Assembly (NCBI GenBank): GCA_963738315.1
Contig: CAVTVT010000004.1
Span: forward strand, 189,043-253,042
From: Vicinamibacterales bacterium
Lineage (GTDB): Bacteria; Acidobacteriota; Vicinamibacteria; Vicinamibacterales; JAMQPK01
DNA length: 64,000 nucleotides
Reading direction: 5' to 3'
Positions 44,552 through 55,620 of the stretch are shown here, piece by piece (within the stretch, counting starts at the first letter, position 1; the number at the start of each line of letters is the position of its first letter). The notes under the pieces are model-generated. The model saw only the letters and a list, made by a program, of their open reading frames with translations. It was not told where the DNA came from and did not search any database. Both the position numbers and the translations under genes were made by a program.

Positions 44552-45696
44552 TACTGCACCAGTCGAATGACTTTCGGGAAGATGCCGCTCGGCGACGGTC
44601 CCGCGTTGCCGTCCACCATGCCGAGTATCGGCGTGATGCGCCCGTACACGTTGTTCCCCTGACGGTGGTCGATGAAGAACCCCATCCAGTTCGCCACTTG
44701 GAAGTCGGCGGTGCGCCCGTTCTTCTTTCCGCTGGCGTAGTACATCGGGTCGTACAGCGGAATCGGCGCCACCCGAGGGCTCTGTCCGTACGCGCTCCCC
44801 TTCACGCAATTGCAGCTGGTGCTCCAGTAGGCGTTGGGGTCCAGGGCAATCAGGTCGTCCACGCCCTGATTGGTCGGGCCGACCATGTTGCCCGGCTCCT
44901 GAATGATGATGTCGTTCCAGTGGACCACCGTCTGGTTGCAGCCGCTGATGTTGCTCCGATAGAAGCTGCCGCCGGTGCCACCGGGCATCGACCACGAGAA
45001 GTAGCTGCTGGGCTCGATGTTGTTGCCGGTGCCCGCGCGGATCATGAGCTGCATCCCCTTGTCACGCTCGGCGTCGTAGCCGGTGTAGCCGGGCTGATCG
45101 GCCGGAATGTACCTGTCGGGATTGGCGAGCGGGTGTTGTTGTTGTCGAAGGCGTCGAACGTGCTGCTGCGCGGGATCCCAGGCCGGGTCCTGGTGCTCCT
45201 GCCAGCGATCCGGAATCATGAACGGCTTGACGCACGTCTGCGCGTTGGCGGGCGCCACCTCCGCGGTGGCCGTCGCGCCGACGTCGACGGTACTGATGCC
45301 CACCAGCGGCCCCAGGAACGTCGACACGGGGTTGCCCCGCGCGGTGGTCCTGTTCACCACGACCCGCACGCGGTCGATGGTCGGGAAGGTGACGTCCTGC
45401 GGCTGGACCGACGCGGAGAGGTTCACGACCGGGTTGCGCGCGGAGCTGGCCGCCGCAATCGCGTTCTGCACCGCCGGCCCGCCGGTGGATCAATCGTTGA
45501 AGTCGTCGAACGCCATCGCCGTGGCGCCCGCGAGCGCACCAGCGTCGGCGGCGACCTGCGCCTGCGTCCGGGCGACCATCAGGTTGCCGACGTCGAGCGC
45601 CAGCATGGTGGCGCTCATGAAGGCCATCGTGCCGAGGCCAACGTACACCAGCATCATGCCGCGCTCATCGCGTGCGTTACGAGGCTTCATGCTCAT
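44551..45696 (-). CDS. TadG-like pilus assembly protein (TadE/G-like N-terminus), interrupted by an in-frame TGA at 45490-45492
   Basis: N-terminal ERGMMLVYVGLGTMAFMSATMLALDVGNLMVARTQAQVAADAGALAG is TadE/G-like. ORFs 45490..45696 and 44551..45471 are in the same frame, separated by TGA and six codons. Confidence 0.65.
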
Positions 45697-45726
45697 GGCT
45701 GATCTCCGGAATCCTCGGGGAGCGCG

Positions 45727-47635
45727 CTATCGAACGCCCTGGCTGATCGATTTCAGAATCTCTTCGTCGCGCTTCGCCTGCTCGCGCGCGAGGCGCTCCT
45801 CGGCCTTCTGGCGTTTCTCGGCGAGCTTCTGCTCTTCCTCGCGCTGTTCGGCCTCGAGCTTCTCGCGCTCGGCCTTCTTGCGGGCCTCTTCCTTGGCCAT
45901 CAGCGCCGCCTTCTGCTTCTCCGCCTTCTCCTGCTTCTCGCGCTCCTCGGCCGCGCGCCGATCTTTCAGCGCCTGCTCTTCGGCCCGCTTCTGCTCCGCC
46001 TTGGCTTCTTCGGCCTGCCGCTTCTCCTCCGCCTTCCGATCGCGTTCGGCCTGCTCGCGCTGTTTCCTCGCGTCGACGACCGCTGCTCTTGCGGCCGCTG
46101 CCGCATCGGCGTCGGCTTGCTTCTGCGCCTGCTTCAAGGCCTCGGCTTCGGTCTTCGCCGGCGCGCCGGCGGCCGTCGAGGCGGCCGGGGCCGGAGCGGC
46201 CGCCGCGCCGGGCGCGTCGACGGCCGCCGGCGGCGCGGCCGGGACGGGAGCCTGCTGCACCTGCGAAGAAGCGCCCGAGAACGCGGGTGGGGGCGGCGCG
46301 ATCCGCTTCTGGTCCTTCATGAACGGCTCGATCGGCGCCGGGAGGTTGGGCGTGACGCCGGGCGAATCGCGGTGCACGATCCGCGGCGTGATCATCACCA
46401 CGAGCTCGGTCGAGTTCTTCTGGTAGGCGCGGCTGCGGAACAGGTAGCCCAGCACGGGAATATCGCCGATGCCCGGCACCTTGGCCAGCGTCGAGTTCAC
46501 CGTGTTGTCGAGCAGCCCGGCCACGGCGAACGTCTGGCCGTCGCGGAGCTCGACCTCCGTGTCCGCACGGCGCGTCGAGAGCGCCGGGATCCGGAACCCT
46601 TCGAGGGTGATGGCGTTGCTGAAGTCGAGCGTGCTCACCTCCGGCGCCACCTTGAGGTGGATCATGTCGTCGGCGAGGATCGTCGGCGTGAAGCGCAGCC
46701 GGATACCGAACTCCTTGAACACGATCGTCACCGTCGTCCCGGTGTTCGAGGGCTGCGCGATCGGGGTAGGGATACTCGCCGCCGGCGAGGAAGCTCGCTT
46801 CCTTGCCGTCCTGGGTGATCAGGTTCGGCTCGGCCAGGCTCTGGAAGAGTCCCTTCTGCTGCAGCGCCTTGACGACCGTGCCGATCTGCTCCTTCGAGTT
46901 GAACGCGAAGATGTTGAGGAAGTCGCTGAAGACAAGCCCCTTCTGATCGTCGAAATCCGGCGCCTGAAACTGCTGCGTCGAGCCTCGGCCGATCCAGTCG
47001 CCGTGTCCGTTCGGCCCCGTGAAGAAGGAGGCGCCGAGCTCCTGCAGGGCGCTCCGGCTGACCTCGGCGAACCGCACCTGGAGCATCACCTGGTCGGTAG
47101 CTACGCCTTCGCGCTGCCGGAGCAGGTTCACGACGTTCTCCGGCTTGTCGACGTACCCGACCGCCACCGACGCCGCGCGATCGGCGGCGTACTTGGTCGA
47201 GACGACGCCGGAGAGCACGACGTTCTTGCCGTTGCTCGCCACGGCGATCGGCTCGCCGGGGAAGAGCCGCTTGATCTGCTCCTCCAGAGCGGTGAGATCG
47301 CGGCGCACCGCCACGTCGTACGTCTTGATGCGGCCGTTGTCGGCCCAGACGAACAGCGAGATCGTGCCCGGCGCCTTCCCGTGCACGAGCAACTCGTACG
47401 GTGACGTGACCACGGCGTCGGCGATGTCCGGCGTGGACAGCGACACTCTCGTGATCGGCCGATCGAGCCGGACCACGGTGGACCGCCCGACGAGCATGTC
47501 CAGCCGCTCGGTCCTGGCGTCGCCGACCGCGCCCTCGACCCTGGCGGCCAGCTGGTCCGCCCGCAGCACCGGCGGCATGACGATGAGCACGAAGAGAGCG
47601 GTGAACCAGACCGCGGCGCGATTGAACCTCAACAT
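45727..47635 (-). CDS. rcpA: Tad secretin RcpA/CpaC with long P/A-rich linker and K/E/A/R-rich C-terminal tail (frame broken at ~46763-46766)
   Basis: BON-like N-domain and secretin core ...KVPGIGDIPVLGYLFRS...ELVVMITPRIV. ORFs join as ...GGEYPYP/IAQPSNTGTTVTIVFKEFG. AGGAG lies 8 nt upstream of the ATG at 47635. Confidence 0.85.
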
Positions 47636-47645
47636 GATGGCGCTC

Positions 47646-48500
47646 CTATCCGACAACTACCTGAACGCGTTTGTCGCCGCGGATGATCTCCACGGTCGGG
47701 GGCGGCGGCGCGATCGGAGCAGGGGCTGCCTGCGTCCCCTTCGCGGCCGGGCTCGACCGGCGAGGCGCGGCCGCCCGGGGCATGGGCGCCGAACCGACGA
47801 GCGCGCTCTGACGAATGCCTTGCGTGACGGGCGTAGCGGAGTCGAGCGGATTGCGCAGCGCGAGCTGGATCTTGCCCTCGGTGCTGGCCAGCGTGAGCCG
47901 CTCAGCCTCCTCCGGGGTCACGAGCAGCGTCACGACCGTGACCTGCACCGGCTTGCCCTCGTCGCCGTTCTGCTCGAGCCGGGTGCCGGCGGTCAGCACC
48001 TCCACGTTGGAGAGCACCACCTTCGAGGTGACGTCCTCGCTCCGGTTGCTCGGATTGGCGGTGGCCACGACGTCCACGTGCGTGCCGGGCAGGACGTATC
48101 CGGCTACGCCGATGACCTCGTTGACCCGCACGGACACCGCACGCTGGCCGGTCGGGATGATCGGCGGCAGGCCGCTGCCCGCCTCCTTCGACGCGAGCTT
48201 GCCGGGCAGAATCGGCTCGTTCTTCACGACCGAGGCGATGAGGCCGCGCCCGACGACCGTCGACAGGTCATCGAAGGAGCCCTCCGGCACCGCGGACGCC
48301 GGCCAGTCGACCACCGCCACGTCGTCCCGGCGGAGCTCGCTGCCGAGCGCCAGATTGCTGCTGGCGACCACCACCGGGCGGGTCGGCATCGACACGGTCT
48401 TGACCGGGACGTTCTGCATGTAGCTGCGGGTGGCATAGGCGAGCCCCCCGCCGCAGACGAGCGCGAAGAGCAGCACGATGAGAATGCGTATGCGGGTCAT
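47646..48500 (-). CDS. cpaB: Flp pilus assembly protein CpaB (SAF domain)
   Basis: N-terminal TM helix, then ...VVVASSNLALGSELRRDDV...RAVSVRVNEV...PGTHVDVV pattern. Confidence 0.8.
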   Translation of the reverse strand: MTRIRILIVLLFALVCGGGLAYATRSYMQNVPVKTVSMPTRPVVVASSNLALGSELRRDDVAVVDWPASAVPEGSFDDLSTVVGRGLIASVVKNEPILPGKLASKEAGSGLPPIIPTGQRAVSVRVNEVIGVAGYVLPGTHVDVVATANPSNRSEDVTSKVVLSNVEVLTAGTRLEQNGDEGKPVQVTVVTLLVTPEEAERLTLASTEGKIQLALRNPLDSATPVTQGIRQSALVGSAPMPRAAAPRRSSPAAKGTQAAPAPIAPPPPTVEIIRGDKRVQVVVG

Positions 48501-48513
48501 CGGATCACCTCGA

Positions 48514-48951
48514 TTACTGTTCGTTTCGCATCATGGCCGTCGCGCGCATCGTGAACGACTGGCCGAGGGTGCTGTTGGGCACCACCAGTCTGGCCACCGG
48601 CTGGAGCACCATGAAGTCGTACGGGTAGTCCACCGTCACGAGCGAAGCGGACATGTTCTGTCCATTGACCGTGAGGGTCGCCGCCTGATTCACGGATACG
48701 GTGGCGGTGTTGGACTGCGACAGAGAGCCGTTGGCCATGTACGTGCGGACGATGCCGGTCACGGTGGCCTGGGTGGTGTTCGGGAGGATGGCGGCGCGCG
48801 CGCCTTCGCGCGCGGCATTCGTCACCACCTGCCACGTCTGATACGCGCGGCCCACCTCGAAGATGCCCACGGTGATGAGCAGCACGATCGGCACGGTGAG
48901 CGCCGCCTCGATGAGCGCGGTGCCGCGGTCGGAACGAAGCATGGTTCGCAT
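48514..48951 (-). CDS. tadE: TadE-like pseudopilin
   Basis: SDRGTALIEAALTVPIVLLITVGIFEVGRAY is a TadE N-terminal motif. The start is the internal ATG of ORF 48514..49440. Confidence 0.75.
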   Translation of the reverse strand: MRTMLRSDRGTALIEAALTVPIVLLITVGIFEVGRAYQTWQVVTNAAREGARAAILPNTTQATVTGIVRTYMANGSLSQSNTATVSVNQAATLTVNGQNMSASLVTVDYPYDFMVLQPVARLVVPNSTLGQSFTMRATAMMRNEQ

Positions 48952-48968
48952 CTTCAACCCCCGCTCAC

Positions 48969-49475
48969 TCACACGAACATGGCGGCCACGCACCCCAGTG
49001 CAATGGCCGGCCCGTAGGGAAACCTGTTGTGCTCGCCGGGCGCTTCGACGAGCGTCTTCGTGGTTCGGGGCTGGCCGCACAGGCGCGCCGTGTTGGACAA
49101 GGTCCGGCCCAGCCGCCCGCGGTGCCATGCAAACCCGATCGCGAGGACGCCGCCGGCGATTGCGACGAGCAGAAACGCTTCGACGATCCGTGCGGCGCCG
49201 AGAAGCGTGCCGGCAGCGGCGAAGAGCTTCACGTCCCCCGCTCCCGTGGCGCCGAGCAGGTGACCCGGCAGCATCAGCGCCAGGCCGAGCCCGAACCCGA
49301 TGAGCGCCGACACGATCGAGACGCCGCTCAAGCCGGCCGCCGCGAGCGCCAGCCCGACCGCCGCCACGCTCAGTGACAGCGCATTCGGGATGCGCCGGCT
49401 GGCGACATCGACGGCCGAGGCGGCGCCGCCGCCGGTACACAACACCGTCAGAACAAGCACGTCAGAAAGAGGCAT
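48969..49475 (-). CDS. cpaA: Prepilin peptidase CpaA (A24 family)
   Basis: Polytopic, with ...DVASRRIPN... and ...GAGDVKLFAA... aspartate motifs. Confidence 0.8.
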   Translation of the reverse strand: MPLSDVLVLTVLCTGGGAASAVDVASRRIPNALSLSVAAVGLALAAAGLSGVSIVSALIGFGLGLALMLPGHLLGATGAGDVKLFAAAGTLLGAARIVEAFLLVAIAGGVLAIGFAWHRGRLGRTLSNTARLCGQPRTTKTLVEAPGEHNRFPYGPAIALGCVAAMFV

Positions 49476-49617
49476 TCCCGATACGCGTCCAGTAGAAGCT
49501 CGTGATTTGATCGCCCAGCACTTTCACGGCGCCGAGCGCGAACATCGCGATCAACGTCACCAGCAGGCTGTACTCGAGCAAATCCTGACCGTCCTCGCGC
49601 TTGAGCACCTTCAGCAT
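49462..49617 (-). CDS. flp: Flp-family pilin 2
   Basis: MLKVLKREDGQDLLEYSLLVTLIAMFALGAV has the Flp motif G/xxLxEY plus a hydrophobic helix. Confidence 0.8.
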   Translation of the reverse strand: MLKVLKREDGQDLLEYSLLVTLIAMFALGAVKVLGDQITSFYWTRIGNASF

Positions 49618-49732
49618 CTGATCCTCTGCAGCGTTCGCCGGTGACGACGAACGGAGAAATGAAGGCTGGCCGCGGGCGACCGGGCCGCCGCTGGCGGCCC
49701 GATCACCCGCATGAACTTGACGCGCAGCCGCC

Positions 49733-49912
49733 TTACCCGGGGATCTTGCCGGCGATGTCCTGGAACACCGCATTCACCTGAATGCCCGCCGCACCCACGG
49801 CTCCGACGGCCACCAGCGCGATCAGTGCGATCAGGAGCGCGTACTCGAGCAGGTCCTGCCCCTCTTCACGCCGGCCGAGCGAGTTCATCAACGAAACGAT
49901 GCGGATCATCAT
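49733..49912 (-). CDS. flp: Flp-family pilin 1
   Basis: ...GRREEGQDLLEYALLIALIALVAVGAV. A GGAGGAGG Shine-Dalgarno sequence lies upstream of the ATG at 49912. Confidence 0.8.
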   Translation of the reverse strand: MMIRIVSLMNSLGRREEGQDLLEYALLIALIALVAVGAVGAAGIQVNAVFQDIAGKIPG

Positions 49913-50314
49913 CTGTCCTCCTCCTTGGGCGCGCCGCGCCTGCAGCGCAGTCCATGAACGCCGCCTGTAAACGCAACCGCCGTACCACGGACGCCGGATC
50001 GGCTGGAGCACACCGATAAGTCCCACGGCCATGAAGGAGATACCGACCTCCCGTGCGCTGGCGCGCAACCGTGCGCCACACGCCTGGCACGCCGCGCACC
50101 CACCAAACTCGCGTACAGACCTGCTGAGTTTGTTATCCCCTGCCGACGCGCAACTTTGTAAGTGCGGCAACGCGATCGTGTGGTGAGGGATGGCCGGGCA
50201 CGCGAACCAGGAGCCGCAAACGATGGTGAACTCTCGTGTTGACGGAGGTTTACCCGCTCGAGAAGGCGCGGGCATGCCACTTGCGAAGCTGTCGTCGCAA
50301 GGCCAGGTCCATCA

Positions 50315-50587
50315 ATGCTCAGATCACTTCGCGACCTCGCCGCCTTCGTGCTGGCGCTCAGCGTGCTCGTCGCCTCGTCCATGATGCTCAGCCCGCGCCT
50401 TCGACACGGCGTGGTGGGCTCCATCAGAGGCGATGCCAGCGCCAGCGACATGCCGCCCGCGAGCACGATCGGCAACGCCGCGGTCGGCGCCTTCGATACC
50501 GTCAAGGCGTTCAGTAGCGAAAACGCCCTGCTCTTCGCCTTCATCGTCGTCGCCTCGGTGCTGTTCGTCATGATGCTGAGAACCTGA
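50315..50587 (+). CDS. Small membrane protein (two hydrophobic segments)
   Basis: 90-aa ORF. The stop lies 1 nt before the start of the next gene. Confidence 0.45.
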   Translation: MLRSLRDLAAFVLALSVLVASSMMLSPRLRHGVVGSIRGDASASDMPPASTIGNAAVGAFDTVKAFSSENALLFAFIVVASVLFVMMLRT

Positions 50588-50588
50588 T

Positions 50589-53477
50589 ATGAGCTTCGTG
50601 CTCGCCGTCGAGCCAGACGCCTCGCAGGCGCGGGTTCTTCGCCAGATCGTGACTCGCCGCATTGACGCCGAGCTCGTGGTCGTCGCCACGACCGAGGCCG
50701 CCATCAAGGCGATCGACCGCCGCACGCCGGATCTCATCCTCGTGAGCGTGCTGCTGTCGCCGCGGGACGAGGACGGACTCTTCTCACATCTGCGCACGCT
50801 CAGCGATGCGGCGCACATTCAGACGCTCACCATCCCCCAGCTGCAGCGGCGGGCACCGGCGGCGAAAAAGAGCTCCGGATTCAGTTTTCGCAAGAAGAAG
50901 AAAGTCGAGGCCGCGCCTGCGGGCTGCGATCCGGACGTCTTCGCGGAAGAGGTTTCCGCCTATCTCGCGCGCGCGATCGAACTGCACAGCCAGACAACGC
51001 ATGCCGCGCCGGCCGCACGCCTGCCGGAGCCACCGCACCAGACAGCGGCGTCCGCACCAGCCGCAGACGAGGCGGCGCCGCCGGAGCCTGAGTGGCGCGA
51101 CACGGCACCAGAGCCTCCGGACGCGATCGTCGACGGCCGGGTGGCGGTGCCGTTCGCTCCCTCCGCCGAGATGGACCCGACCGACGCCCTGTTCGCGGCG
51201 CAGCCTCTGCGGAGCGAAGAGGCCCCGCCTGCAGCGGGGGAGCACCCGCTGACCGTCGACGAAGCCGTTCGCCAGGGCTGGATCGACGTGGGCCTCGACG
51301 AGCTGGTCCATCATCTCGGGCTCGAACCGGGCGCACCTCAGGCAGACGCGCGTTCAGCGGAGACGCCGGCGGCACCGGCGACCGAACCGACCGGGCACCC
51401 GGGGGTCTCCGCCGAGGCGCAGCTTGCGGCGGAGCTCGAGCGCGCCCGGCAGGAAGCCGAGCGGATCCGCGAGCTCGAGCTGGCCCGCGCGCTGGAAGAA
51501 GCCGACCGGGTGCGGGCAACCGCGATCGCGCAGGCGCAGCAGGAAGCCGAGCTGGTCCGCCAGCGAGAGCTCGCGCGCGCGCAGGCGGAGGCGGACCGCG
51601 TCCGCGAGGCGGAGCTCGCACGGGCGCAAGAGGCGGCCGACCGTCTCCGTCAAGCCGAGCTCGCCCGCGCGCAGCAGGAGGCAGACCGGCTGCGCCAGGT
51701 CGAGCTCGCCCGCGCCGAGGCGGAAGCGCAGGCGAGGCTCGCAGCGGAAGTCGAGCGGGTGCAGCGCGCGGCGGAAGAGCGGCAGCAGGCCGAGCTCTCC
51801 CGTCTGCAGGCTGAAGCCGAGGCAGAGCGTCTGCGGGCGGTGATGGCGGCGCGCGCCGAGGCAGAGGCAGAGGCGCGGCGCGCGCTTGCGGCCGAGATGC
51901 AGCAGCTCCGCCAAGAGGAAGTGTCGCGCGTCCGGGCCGAGGTCGAAGGGCGCCTGTCCGCCGAGCTCGAGAACGCCCGTGCCGAAGCCGATCGCCTGAG
52001 GGAAGCGGAGCTCGCGCGAGTGCAGGCCGAAGCGCACGCGCTTCGGCTGACCGCTGCCGAGCAGGCCCGCGCCGCGGCGGAAGCTGCGGCGAGCCACGCG
52101 CTCGAGGCCGAGGTGGCGCGGGTGCGCGCCGAGGCCGAGACGCGGCTGAAGCAGGAGCTCGAGACGATTCGAGAGGAGGCCGTGCAGCTCCGGCGCACCG
52201 GCGAGTTCGAGGCCCGCCAGGCCGCCGAAGAGGCGCGCCAGACCGCCGAAAAAGTACCGAGAGGCCGCGATCCGGGACGCACAGGCAATCGCGGAAGCCG
52301 CGAACCACACGCTCGAAACCGAGCTCCGGCGCGTGCGCGCCGAAGCGGATGCGCGCCTCGAAGCCGAGCTCGCCCGGGCGCGTGCGGATGCCGACAAGCA
52401 GCGGCTCAGCGAGCTCGAAGACATCCGCCAGCAGGCCGCGCAGATGCGCCAGGCGGCCAGCTCACACGTCCGGGCCGTCGCCGTGGTGAGAGTGCCGTCC
52501 GGCCAGCAGCCGTCGCAGACGTCCGCGCCGCCACCGGCCTTCGCTCCGCCTCAGACGCCCGCCCGCGCCGAGGCGCGTGATCAGCCGGCCGCGCAGGCCG
52601 AATCGGGAGGCAGCTACTACAGCCTCTGGCAGAAGGAAACCGCCGGGCCGCCGCCGGCCCCCGACCCCGCGCCGGAGCTCCCGCAGCCGCCGCGCAGCTT
52701 CGTCAGCCTCAAGCACGCCAAATGGGCGCTGCCTCTGGCGGCCGTCGCCCTGCTGATCTTGAACAACGGACTCTCGCTGGGACGCGCATGGCGGACCGAC
52801 ACGGCGGCCGAAGCCGCGAGGCCCGCCACCCCCAATCCGGCGCCCGCGCCCCCCCCACAGCCCGCCGTCAAGCTCGGCGAGCTCCACATCGACGCGGACC
52901 CTGCCGGAGCCCGAGTGCTGCTGGACGGATCCGATGTCGGCGCCGCGCCCCTGAAGCTCTACGCCATCAAGCCCGGCCGGCACACGGTCGTCCTGAAGAG
53001 CGCTGCCGGAAGCGTGACGCGCCGCATCACGGTGCGGCCCGGCGAGGTCACGCGTGTGTCGGAGAGCATCTTCTCGGGATGGCTCGCGGTGTTCTCCGCC
53101 GTGCCGCTCAAGAATCAGCGTCAACGGCCAGCCGCGCGGCACCACCCAGGACGGGCAGTTGATGCTGCCGCCCGGCACCTACACGGTCGGGCTCACGAGC
53201 GAGCGTTTCGGATTCAGCGAATCGAAGAACGTGAAGATCGAACCCGGCAAGGTGGAATCGGTACTCGGTGGCGCTGCCGAAAGCGGCCGTGAACGTGGAC
53301 GCGCCCGACGGCACCGAAATCCTCGTGGACGGCGCCTCGGTCGGGACGGCGCCGCTGACCGGACTGATGGTGCAGATCGGCACGCACGACATCTCCGGCC
53401 GCCGGCCGGACGGCGCCGAACGCCACCAGCCGGTCGAGGTCAAGGCTGGCGCCGTCTCCGCAGTAACGCTGGAATAG
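50589..53477 (+). CDS. REC-like N-domain / ~360-aa E-A-R-rich coiled coil / TM / three PEGA domains (three frame breaks: ~52249-52253, ~53113, 53267)
   Basis: ORFs 50589.., 52333.., 53054.. and 53268..53477 join as ...QTAEK/YREAAIRDAQ..., ...AVPLK/ISVNGQPRG..., ...KVESVL/VALPKAAVNVDAPDG.... PEGA-like units: HIDADPAGARVLLDGSDVGAAP, ISVNGQPRGTT, VNVDAPDGTEILVDGASVGTAP. Confidence 0.7.
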
Positions 53478-53504
53478 CCCTCGACAGCGGCCGCGCCGGG
53501 CGGC

Positions 53505-53969
53505 TCAGCGCCGCCCGATCTTTCGCTCGTACTCCTGTTCCAGCACATCCGCCGTGTGCAGGTCGAACGCGGCCGCCGTACGGCGATAGCCTCCGCGGAA
53601 CTCCGTGTGGCAGCGGTAGCACACGGTGAGGTCGCCAAGCCGTCCGTACACCACGAGATCCACGAGCACGGCAGCGGCGAGAATGCCGTAGGCGATCAGG
53701 TCGCGCCCGAACCAGTAGAACCCGGCGCTGACGAGCGCGCCGATGATGACGACGGTCAGCCCTGTCTTGGGATCGAAGTCCTTTCGAACGTAGAAGTCCG
53801 CTCCGCCGCAAAGGGGGCACACATCCACCGCCGAGTCGGCGCGCAGCGCGTCGCTGAAGCGCAGCGTCAGCTCGCGCCCGCAGCCTCCGCACCGGATCGC
53901 CTGTGCCAGTTCGGCGGCGATCACCGGCAATCCGGCGTCACATTTCGGACATCGCGCGACGATGCTCAT
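53505..53969 (-). CDS. Double zinc-ribbon membrane protein
   Basis: CPKC...CGGC, CPLC...CYRC cysteine pairs flank two TM helices. The start is the internal ATG of ORF 53505..54830. Confidence 0.55.
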   Translation of the reverse strand: MSIVARCPKCDAGLPVIAAELAQAIRCGGCGRELTLRFSDALRADSAVDVCPLCGGADFYVRKDFDPKTGLTVVIIGALVSAGFYWFGRDLIAYGILAAAVLVDLVVYGRLGDLTVCYRCHTEFRGGYRRTAAAFDLHTADVLEQEYERKIGRR

Positions 53970-54019
53970 CGTCGTCCGCCCGCCCGCCTGCGGCGCCGCT
54001 GCGTCCGCGTCGGTGGTCA

Positions 54020-54830
54020 TCACACCGGAACCGTGGTGGCGAGCAGCAAGTATTTTGCGAGCACCTCGCCGACAATCACCGTGAAGAAATCGACGTAGAG
54101 GATCCCGGTGGCCGACTGGGTGGATTGGATCTTGGCCGTTTCCCACGTCAGGTACGCGAGTACGCCCGGTGCGACGAGCCCGAACAGCACCCGCTGCCAG
54201 AAGAAGATGCCCGCTGTCGAGAGGATGTAGCGCTCGAAGTTGGGTCCCATGCCCGGCTGCCACGTAATCACGGCGATGACGACCGCGGCGACCACCACGA
54301 CGATACGCACGACGAGCGACACGATGTGCAGCCTGACGATCGACTGGAGATGCGCGACGTTCAGGGAGGGGACGACCAGATACCAGTGCCCCAGGATCAT
54401 GGCGCCGCAGGCTCCTCCCAGCAGCGCGCAGGAGGTGAGGAAGCTCAGCGCCGTGAGCAGGGGCGCCAGGCCTGGCGCGCCGGCCGACACCTCCAGCGCC
54501 TGTCCCGTCACCCCCGCGGCGCCGGCCAGGAGCGCCGTCCACATCAGCAGCGGCCGGATGCCCGCCAGCGCCCTGCCGACGGTGGCCCAGGTACACGACG
54601 AGCGCCGACTCGCAGACGATCAGCGCCGCGATGGCGACGGCGTGTACCGGCGTCGGTGGCGCTGCGGACGACGGCCTCAGCGCGAACCCGCTGGCGATGA
54701 GCAAGGCGGCCGTGCCCGCGTTGAACCTGAAGAACTTGACGCCTGCTTCCTTCCCGACCCATGCGAGCACGAGCACGACGCCGACGCCCAGATGGGTCAG
54801 GAAGAGAAACAGCACGGAAGACAGCGACAC
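54020..54830 (-). CDS. Polytopic hypothetical membrane protein (frame broken near 54580)
   Basis: ORFs 54020..54544 and the N-terminal part of 53505..54830 join as ...ALVVYLG.../VGRALAGIRPLLMWTALLAG.... Confidence 0.55.
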
Positions 54831-54837
54831 CGCGGTC

Positions 54838-55440
<603 letters not shown>

Positions 55441-55620
55441 AATCCCTCCTCTGTTGGTTTGCCGCAGGGGCGCCACCCCCGCGACCTGTCACCCCCTCGC
55501 CGTCGGCTCGAGGGCGGATGGATGCATCACCTGGCTCTCAGCGCGCATCCGTCGCTGGTCAAAACCTTGATTCTACCGCAGAGGGTGAGAGGACGGGCGG
55601 ACGCAATCGGGCGCGAACGA

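Noticed and set aside
45490-45492. Selenocysteine or programmed readthrough at the in-frame TGA of the TadG-like gene
   Set aside because: No SECIS-like hairpin immediately downstream, no functional rationale in a pilus protein, and the window is full of probable sequence errors.
50085-50100. Sigma-54 type promoter (TGGCAC-N5-..GC) upstream of the flp genes
   Set aside because: The -12 element is out of register (GCAC instead of TTGC at the required spacing), and the motif is on the plus strand while the flp operon is on the minus strand.
51417-52500. Short periodic repeats that might have been a CRISPR array or minisatellite
   Set aside because: The repeats are in frame, have a 45-nt period without unique spacers, and encode an ELARAQ.EADR.R coiled coil inside a long ORF.
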